NCBI GenBank assembly: GCA_965243205.1
Contig: CBDEUK010000002.1
Location: 352,001-416,000, forward strand
DNA length: 64,000 bases
Direction: 5' to 3'
From: Gammaproteobacteria bacterium
Lineage (GTDB): Bacteria > Pseudomonadota > Gammaproteobacteria > Eutrophobiales > Eutrophobiaceae
Position 1 is the first letter of the stretch. Each line of letters begins with the position of its first letter. Both the position numbers and the translations under genes were made by a program. The notes below the pieces were generated by a model. That model saw only the letters and a list, made by a program, of their open reading frames with translations. It was not told the origin of the DNA and did no database searches. Positions 19,469-29,400 of the stretch are shown here, piece by piece.

Positions 19469-20416
19469 TTAGTTATTACTTTTTTTGTTATTACAACTAG
19501 CACATTTAATATCAATATTTCTTTGATCTTTTACAGTCGCGCCATCACCATTTTTTGAACGCGCGATTTTATGATCGCCTTGACCTTCACGAGGATCTAC
19601 TTTACTACCTTTAGTACGCCTTGTGGTAGGTGTAGTTTTAACACCACAAGTTTCACATAATACATCGCCATTATTTTTTGCCGCATTTCTTTTTTTAGCT
19701 TCTTTTATAGCTCCTCTAGTATGTTTTTTACCTGCTCTTGGCCCATTCGCAGCACCTTTAATTGCTTTTTTTATAATTGCTGTAGTTGCACCTTTACCAG
19801 GATTAATATTACTTACAGTATCAATTCCTTCAGCAATTCTGACTCCAGATTCAATAAAAACTCTATTTCCAAAATTACCTATTTCTATAGCTTGTTCTAT
19901 AGACATACCTCTTCGATTCATATGAATCGAAGTGCCAAGAGCTCCATCAGGGTCAATGAATTTATAAGGGTTGTTATATGCATACGCATAACGATTAAAT
20001 AATTGAATATTTATATCAATCCCATCAAGAGCACTGATAGGATCCATGCTCATGAAGCGCCCTATTTCAGGGTTATAGTAACGCGCTCCGTAGTAACTGA
20101 GCTCCAGATCATCATCGTATGGTTTGCCGGTATAGTATAAATCGTTATCTTCTGTGGCGGCCGCGGTGTTTTCTTTACGAGAACCGTATGGTCGATAACT
20201 TTCTGTCCACACTAAATTTCCATCGTTATCTGATGCGCCAATAACTGAACCTAATGCATCCGTGTGATAATACGTAATCGTTACATCAGCTTGTGCTGTT
20301 ACTACAAAGAACGATAAGAAACCTATTAAGGCTTTACTGAGGTATCGCTTGGTCATTGTGTTAATGGAATTAAGTAAACTCTTCATCATTTGGCTTCCTT
20401 TAGTCATAAGGCTCAT
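19469..20416 (-). CDS. Stand-alone Rhs core domain with signal peptide and C-terminal HNH nuclease toxin
   Basis: ...FLSFFVVTAQA|DVTITYYHTDALGS, YRPYG, YYGARYYNPEIGRFMSMDP, YAYNNPYKFIDPDG; CETC...DHKIARSKNG...N..IKCASCNNKKSN. Confidence 0.88.
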   Translation of the reverse strand: MSLMTKGSQMMKSLLNSINTMTKRYLSKALIGFLSFFVVTAQADVTITYYHTDALGSVIGASDNDGNLVWTESYRPYGSRKENTAAATEDNDLYYTGKPYDDDLELSYYGARYYNPEIGRFMSMDPISALDGIDINIQLFNRYAYAYNNPYKFIDPDGALGTSIHMNRRGMSIEQAIEIGNFGNRVFIESGVRIAEGIDTVSNINPGKGATTAIIKKAIKGAANGPRAGKKHTRGAIKEAKKRNAAKNNGDVLCETCGVKTTPTTRRTKGSKVDPREGQGDHKIARSKNGDGATVKDQRNIDIKCASCNNKKSNN

Positions 20417-23400
20417 GGCACCATCCCCTCAAACGTTGTCTGGTTCCACACGGTCCCATCATTAAACTCTATCCTATCTATCGCGTGCGGCTTATCGCTG
20501 CCATCGAAACTGTAATAGTATTCAATTTTTATCGAATCGCCGTTGGTGTGATGTAAGTACATATGGTCGATGTCACGAGTGAAACTGATATCACTTGGAT
20601 TGATGCCGACACCAAAGCGGAAGATATCCACAGTGTGGTATTGCCATTCTGTATTGCTCACAACGTCTGAGCCCCAACCCACATCAAAGTGATAAATGTC
20701 ATTACCATCACCACCACTTAATGTATCGTTCCCAGTGTTACCTATCACGACATCATCGCCGTTGTAAGCATAGATGGTGTCATTGCCGGCAAGGCCATCC
20801 AAGGTATCGGCGTGGGATGAGCCGGCTATCATCGCATCATCACCGGTTGTCGTAACGGCCATGAAGCCTTCGAACGTCGCTTTATCCCACACCGTGCTAT
20901 CAGCAAACTCAATGCGGTCAATGGCGTGCGGTTCATCCGTTCCATCCAAATTAAAATGGTAGCGAACTTCGATTGAATCACCGTTGGTATGCGCGATATA
21001 TAAATGCTCTTCATCACGTGTAAAGGTGATGTCGCTTGGATTAATACCGGTACCAAAGCGTATGATGTCGGTTGTGTGATATTGCCACTCGGTATTTTGG
21101 ATAATGTCCGTGCCCCAACCGGTATCAAAGTGATAAGTATCATTGCCATCACCACCGGCTAAGGTATCGTTACCATCACCGCCGATGAGTGTGTCATCAC
21201 CATTGTAAGCTTCAATCGTGTCATTGCCGGCAAGGCCATTCAAGGTATCGGCGTGAGAGGTTCCGGCGATCATCGTATCATCACCCGTTGTGGCAACAGC
21301 CATAAAGTCTTCAAACGTCGCTTTATCCCAGACCGTACCATCGTCAAACTCAATGACATCAATGGCGTGTGGCTCATCCGTTCCATCCAAATTAAAATGA
21401 TACTGAACTTCAATCGAATCACCGTTGGTGTGAGTGATGTGTAAATGCTCTTCATCACGTGTGATGGTAATGTCATTTGGATTAATGCCCGTACTAAAAC
21501 GGATGGTGTCCACAGTATCGTAGTGCCACTCGGTATTCTGAATAATGTCCGTGCCCCAACCGCTATCAAACACGTACAAATCATTGCCATAACTTCCTAT
21601 CAAGGTGTCATCACCCGGACCACCGTTTAAGAGATCATCACCATCATAGCCATTGAGTACATCGTTACCGGCCAAACCATTTAAGGTATCAGAGTGTGAC
21701 CCGCCTTCTAAGGTATCATGACCAATCGTTGCAATAGCCAACATGCCTTCAAACGTACTCTTATCCCATACCGTGCCATCGTCAAACTCTATGATATGGA
21801 TCGCATACGGTTCATCCCCCGTATCAACAATAAAATGATAAGACACCCGAATGCTATCGCCATTACTGTGCGTCAGGTATAGATGCTCATCATCACGGCT
21901 CACCGTAATGTCGCTTGGACTAATGCCACTGCCAAATCGAATGGTCTCCACATTGTTAACGCTCCACTCTTCATTGTTCACAATGTCAGACCCCCAACCG
22001 ATTTCAAACAAGTACACATCATTCCCAGCACCTGCGTTCAACGTATCATTGCCCGCACCGCCGTTCACCACATCATCACCCGCTGTACCGTCCAAAGTAT
22101 CATTGCCACTGGTACCTACCACGGTGCCAGAGCCGGTGCTTGCATTTGTAACCGTCACCGTAATTGTTGCATCGCTGCTTAAACCACCACTGTCCGTCGC
22201 ACTCGCCGTAATGGTATGCGTACCAATACTCAACACCGTATTGTTAAAGTTACCCGTACCTATCGCACCATCGATACTGGAAGTCCAATTAAGCGATGGG
22301 CCAAGATTGCCATCCTCAACATCGTTGGCAGTGCCAATGAAGATCATACTCGAACCTTGAACCACACTGGCCCCGGAGCTTGGGATAGTGATGTTCACTG
22401 TGGGTGCTGTATTCGTTACATCATTTACATCGGTGACGATAACCCGGACCAATTGCGAGGTTAATTCAACCCCATCGCTTGCTTCTAACAATACATTATA
22501 TTCGTTGTCCCCTTCCGTATCCGTTGGCGTTTCAAAGTCAGGGGCTGTGGCAAAACTTAAATTGCCACTCGCATCGATGCTAAAAGCATCATGGTCAGTA
22601 GAGAATTCTTCATGCACTGTAGAATCACTGATACGAAAACTCACTGCAGCCGATTCTGGATCCGTGGCCGCCAATGCCATCACGCTCATGGTGTTCTCTG
22701 GAATGCTGACGGCACTTGCACTGCTGATCACCGGCCCATCGTTCACACCATGAATGGTGATGGTAACTGATGAGTTGGAAGTTAACCCTTCGTCATCCGA
22801 CATCGTGTAACCAACCACCACTTCGGCGGTTTGTCCGGCAAGTAAGGCATCAAAATCAGTGCCTGGATCGAATTTTAGATAGCGACCACCCTCGATGGAA
22901 ACCGTGCCCTGACCATTACCATTCACATGAGTGTGGGCATCCAACGAGAACGTCTCCACCGTATCCTCTGCATTGGGATCTGTATCATTGGCCAACACAT
23001 CAATGTACAACGGCACTTCCTCTCCAGGACGGTAGATGCGCATGGCAACGCCGGAACGATCATCATCCCCTGTCGCAGGATCCCAACTGTCCCATAGGAA
23101 TGCAACGTCACCGTTTTCAAGTTGTTTCATATACGGTCGTTCTTGATAACTTGTACCATGTATATTGATTTTCTCTATCTCGCCAATCAAGTCACCATTA
23201 TTATCGTATCTGACAGCCGATATCTCAGAACCCGCAGCGGCCGCCATGAATCCTCCACTGGATAAAGCAAGCAGTGCAGGATCACGACCGTTACTTATGA
23301 CAAAAGGGGTATCAATATTATTGTAGGTTGACCCATCAAGGAGTTGTGCTTCAATTCTTCCGAATTGTTCGCCATGTGCAGGATCTAGATTTATATGATT

Positions 23401-26400
23401 CCAGACTACGATATAGTTATCGTTCGATAACTTTTGAATCTTAGGCTTTGGACTAGTTCGAAGCGCATGATGGTTGCTTGTGATAACGTGTCTGCCGGTT
23501 AAAATCGGCGTACCATCAGCCTCATAACGTTTTAATATTATTTCGGTATCACTGCCGATGCTATAAACATTGGTATGCGCTGGGTAAAGGACACCAAAGC
23601 CTCCTTCAGGAAGAGCAATCAGTTCAGGAGCATAATGATCAGCATTAGGATCTTCACTGACGAGAAAAGCATCCGTTAAAGCATTGCCGCTCTGATCAAA
23701 CACCCTGGCCATCACATTGAATACGGCAAATTCACCACTTGGAACGGCTCTAAACACACTCCAAGCTGCAACGATGTTGCCATTGTTTAATTGAGTGTAT
23801 TTAATAGATAGTAAGATGAGACCATAAAGATCTTGCGGTTGAAGTTGATAAACCGAGATATCGTTGATTTCATCTTTAGCCTCATTATATACCTTGGCTC
23901 TGCGATCATTACCCAAAGTATACGAAGAGATGTAACCTCCATTTGCTAATTTTTGAAGTCGATCATCGGTGTACTCAAGACCATCTTTTGTACCATCAAG
24001 ATTAAAGTTTTGAGCAAAGGCCGTAGAGCCATCCTCATTAAGCCATCTCACCTTAAACTGTTGGTTCGGCAAATCGTGAATAGAATTACTCCATTGAATG
24101 CCTGCCGTTGTGGTATTGACCAGTTGCTCAGTTGGAAGACGCGCATTGATGGTATCTGCTACCGCTACTGGATTTAGATTAGCTAAGTTAACTGTTAGAT
24201 TAATAGAGTCATTTCGTATAATACCTAGGCTGTCCGTTACTGAAGCAGTAATTTCATGTTCACCAACAGTTAATGTGTTTATATTAATCGTCGTGCCAGA
24301 ACCTATTGGACCATCAATATTTGATTGCCATTGAATATTAGTAATTGGTGATTGGGTATATGTATCAAATGACGTTGCTGTGAAAGTAATTACGTTGTCA
24401 CTAGTAAATGTCGCGTTATTCACAGGACTGGTGATAGATACCGTTGTAGGTGAACTCGGAGGTCCTCCTCTTCTTATAAAATTATAATTACTGCCAATCA
24501 TGACAGAGTTCAGTTGACTCTCATAAAACCGAAAGGCCGCCACTTCACCTTCAAAATTGGTAACATTTGCTGAACCGATATTGATATCGCCATTAACTTG
24601 TCCAAGACCAGTATCATTGCTATCGGCCCAGTCGTTTAGTGAAGTTGAGAAATCAGAAGTAATAAATTGGCCATTAATATACAAAGCTATGAAACCTCCC
24701 CCGCTACCCTCATCTCCTACATTTTTTGTATATGTTCCTACTACTTGAATAAATTCGTTTGTTACCTCAGCAGAGCTACCCAATATAGAGGATAAGTCCC
24801 CAGTTAAAGCGAGTGTTGTACTACTGTTTTTTACAATGAATTGTATATCATCGTGTTCTCCATCATTATCTTCATCTGTCATAATAATTGCGGTACCATC
24901 ATTTGTAGATCCTGTTTCAAAAATAACATCCGTGTCTAAGATGTCACTAGGCTTGAACCAAACCTCAAATGTGGCACTTTCGTCTGTCGGATCACCCTGA
25001 ATACCTTGAAAATCAATCGTTGTTGCTCCATTCGAGCCATTAAACTCCAAGGATTTAGTAATACCGATAAGAGATGTAATAGGTGAGGAATTAATTAAAC
25101 CTCCATTAATAAAATCATACCCTGTCAAGTTTGTTAAATTATTCCATATCCCATCTGAAGGTTCTGGTTCAACAGAGCTTTCATAATTCAAGGTAAAGGA
25201 AGCATCTAATGAACCTAAGTCAACTTCTTTTATAGTAATGGCTTTTGCAGCTGTTCGTTGTATACCTAAACTATCAACAACCGATGCAGTAATAAGATGG
25301 TTATTGACCGACAATGAATTTGTATTTATCGAGGGACCAGTACCAATCACACCATCAAAATTAGATGACCACTCAATTAACGAACTGATGTTTCCATCAT
25401 AGTAATCAATCGCACTTGCTGCAAAGTTAATGTTTGTACCAAATTCTTCTGAAATGAAGCCAATGGTAGCAGGCTCAGTAATATCAATTATTGATTTACA
25501 TCGAGTATTAGTGATAGTGACATTTGGAATTAATGTTTTTAAAATTTCAACATGTTGACAGACATACTCGTTAGATACGTTTGTACTATGTGTACTTAGC
25601 CATAAATTTGATAAATTTGTTGGGATGCGCTGATGAAGGCTAACTACATCTGCTAGTGGATTACCTCCAACTATTAGAGACACCAAATTATTTAAATTTG
25701 AAACATTAATATCAGTAAGTAAATTATTTTGAATCCATATAATTCCTAAATTATTTAGCCCGGAAAAATCTACGATGGCTAATTCATTATTATCAAGATT
25801 TAAACTACTGAGAGAAGGCAAATTACTAAACGATACACTGGATATTCGATTATTATTAGCATTTAATATCGAGAGTGATTGAATATTACTGATACTTAAT
25901 GTGGATAGATTATTAAAGTCTAAATATAGTCTTTCTAATGAGTTCAATGATTGTAATGTTATTGGATTTATACTTTCCAAACTATTAGCTCTAATATTTA
26001 AAATCTTTAAATTAGTTAAATTTGAAAGGCCAATAATATCGTCGATTGAAACAAATGAATTATAACTTAAATTCAATACATTCAAGTTAGGAAGCCCAGA
26101 TAAATTTATTGTAGAAAGAGGATTTTGACGAAAAGAAAAATCTGGAGTCAATATTAGTTCTTTTAAATTTGGCAAATCATTAATTGTTACTTGATTAAGA
26201 TTTTTTGAGTCTATACTTATTATCTCCAAGGCTTTTAAAGCTTCTAAACCAATTAAATTTGTAACATTAATATTCCCTCGACAGGTTAAGTATTTTACAT
26301 CTGATATATATTCAAATGAATTATTTGTTCTAATTGTGGAATCAAAACATTCTGACAAACCTGAGTTTGTAGGGAGTTGGAAATCAGTTATTAGTGTATC

Positions 26401-29400
26401 AGGAAAGATTTCAGTAATATTAACATTCGCAGTTAATTCATATATACCGTCAGAAATTGTATAACTAAATGAGTCCGAAGATATATTGCCAGGATCAGTA
26501 TAAGAAACAGAATTATCAGTGAATGTTATAGAACCACCATTAACACCTTGAGTGACTGATATTATCTTTAGTCCTCGTCCGTCGACATCCGTGTCATTTG
26601 ATAGCACATCAATTAGGTTAGATTTTCCTTCAAAAGCTATAACACTATCATCTTGTACTATAGGTGATGATAAATCACATTCGATTGGAGTAATGTCATC
26701 ACGTTTAGCCAACAGCAATGAACCAATATGAATATAATTTGTATTTTTACAGTTAGTCTCATCACGTTCATATCTTAATTGGCCGAATTTACTATAGATA
26801 TAATGTTTAGTGTAATTTTCTCGAAATGATGAAGTTTCACTTTCAACGGTTCGTTGATTATTTCCATCGTATATAAATAATTTATTGTATAAGATTTGAT
26901 TAAAACTATTAGTATTAGTAGCAGCTGTTAAATTTGAACCATCATCATAAATATATTCTTTTCTAGATTGTTCCGTCCTAAATCCATCTAGTTCAGTTTT
27001 TAACCAATCATCTTTTGAATCTTTTATAATATTTCCATAATTATCATATGAATAGATTGAACGAATTACTGATGAGTTTCCATTCCATCGATAAAATTCA
27101 TCAAGTTTGCCAGAAGTATCATAAACATAATCCGTATTTTGATGTTGAAAACCATTGCTATGGTTATTGGTTCTTGCTGTAATATCTCCTTTGTAATTAT
27201 AATGGAGTTTATTATTATCATAAGTTGCACAATTAACATTAAAAGTAGGTTGCGCTATAACAAGCCTATCCATGCCGTCATAACACATGCTTCCCATATG
27301 AATATTAGTGCTACCCAAATCGGTTATGTTTTCAACATTGCCACTCTCGTCATAACTATAACCAATATTAATTAAGTTCCCTGATAAATTATCAACATTA
27401 ATTGAACCTGTGAATAATCTAGGCGTAAGTGTGGTCGTTGTGATTTGTCCATTAACTGATTCATATCGATGGATATTACCATTGGCATGATAGGTGATGT
27501 TTTCAGCATAAATCTCAGAAGGAGTGGTATCGTTAATGGCTTGAGAAGGACGGCCTAAATTATCAGGTAAATAATTTATATCAACACCATTAGGATAAAT
27601 GATGTGTGATAATGTATCTAACGAATCGTATTGATAAGTCAATCGATAGGTTTCAAGTCCACTATCGGTTGTTAGTCTTAACTCTTCATAATTTAAATTA
27701 TCATTTTTATCGTAATCGTATTCCCAATAAGTTGTACCTTTGGTTATGGATTTGACGTTGCTATTTTTGTCATAAACATAATCTAAATCAGTTGTGCTGT
27801 TTGGATAATTGATAAAGTCTAATCGATTTAAATCATCGTAAACGTAAATGGTTTGAGGAGAACTGCCAACAGTTGAAGAAGTAACGTTGCCAACTAAATC
27901 ATGTCCATAAATTGTAGTTCCAGTTTCAGGGTTTATTTCATTATTTAAAAAATATTTACTATTATATTGATAAGTTCTTTCAACTATATTCGTAAATGAT
28001 GTGCATTGATCTTCTCCTTCGGCTGATGCATCTACTGCTTGCCTAATCTTAGTGATTTGATTAAGTACATTGTACTGAATTTCAGTACAGATATTTTCAG
28101 GAGAAGCTATATAACGAGGCACTCTGTCTTTATTAGGATGTCCAAAAGAACGATAGAATGTAACAGTTTCAAACCCTCTTTCATTCGTTTCGATAACTTC
28201 TTTTCCAGCTTTATAATCATATGTTCTAAAACTGGCATCAGGATGAGTAATTTTTGTGGTTCTGTTGATTGTATCGTATTCGTAAGTAGTACCATCAGTC
28301 GTTGAATTTGGATAGGACTCAAAGACTTTTCTACCATATTCATCGTAATCAATAATGGTTTCGATGACATTAACATTAGAAGCATTAATTGGGCTCAAGT
28401 CTTCTCTGGTCTTTTTAATTTCTCGCCCAAACCCATCAAACAAAACGGTTTCTTTATAATTACCTCGAGTTAAAATTTTACTGGTGCTAGTCCAATTAAT
28501 TGAAACAGCTGCACTACCGACTTTTGGAAAAGTAATTCCAGTTAAACGATTACGGCCATCATACGAAAAATCCTTCTGATGTCCCTCAGCATAACCTCTT
28601 CCATCTCGTATCCAATCGACGGTTCCTTTTGTATTGACACTTCTTTGTATCGTGACTGATTCAGGATGAATTTCAAGTTGTGCAATTCCTCTTGAATAAT
28701 TACTTTTAGTAGTTGTATGTGAGTTTGCATCTTTAATCGTATGAACATTACCACTCGTATCATAAGTGTAGCTTGTCTTAACGCCGTTAACAGTTTCAGA
28801 TTGAAGACGGCCTGTATTAAAAAAATCTCTATCGATTGTTGATGTTTCACCACTCAATGTGGTTGTTTCATCTTTAGCTAAACCAATGATCCAATGATTA
28901 TCAGGATCAGTAAAATATGAAATCGTCGTTACTTTGTCATCAGTACTATCAAGTCCATCTGTTTCTATAATTTCTGTTGGATTACCAAACTCATCATGTC
29001 CATTGTAGTAGGTAAAATGAGCGCCAGTATTTCCATCATAGGTAATGTCTGTATCCAATAATACAGGCGCATAACTATTCGTATCGACCTCACCTTCATT
29101 ACCATGGAAATAATTTTCACGTGAAATAATTCGCTTGCCCCATCTATTGGCTCTTCGTTCTAATAAATCATTATTTGAGGAATATATTTTTTTAGTAATC
29201 AGTAAACCATTCGCCCAGACATTATTTAGTCCAGTCAAATTTGCACCTTGATGAACAAACTCTTCACGAGAACCGTCAGGATGATTTATGACAGTTTTAT
29301 CGGCATCTTGCACTACGCCTGTATCTCCTAGGGTTGGTACTGAGGCTGGTTGAAAATCGTATGTCCATGTTGCAGTATCTATTTGACGACCAGAAATCTT

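Noticed and set aside
20416-22110. CRISPR or DGR-like repeats
   Set aside because: Repeats are in-frame 146-147-codon protein units; no spacers, no reverse transcriptase, no adenine-specific pattern noticed
20774-24748. Many overlapping or antisense ORFs inside the giant gene
   Set aside because: Shadow ORFs expected in the GC-richer repetitive coding region; no motifs
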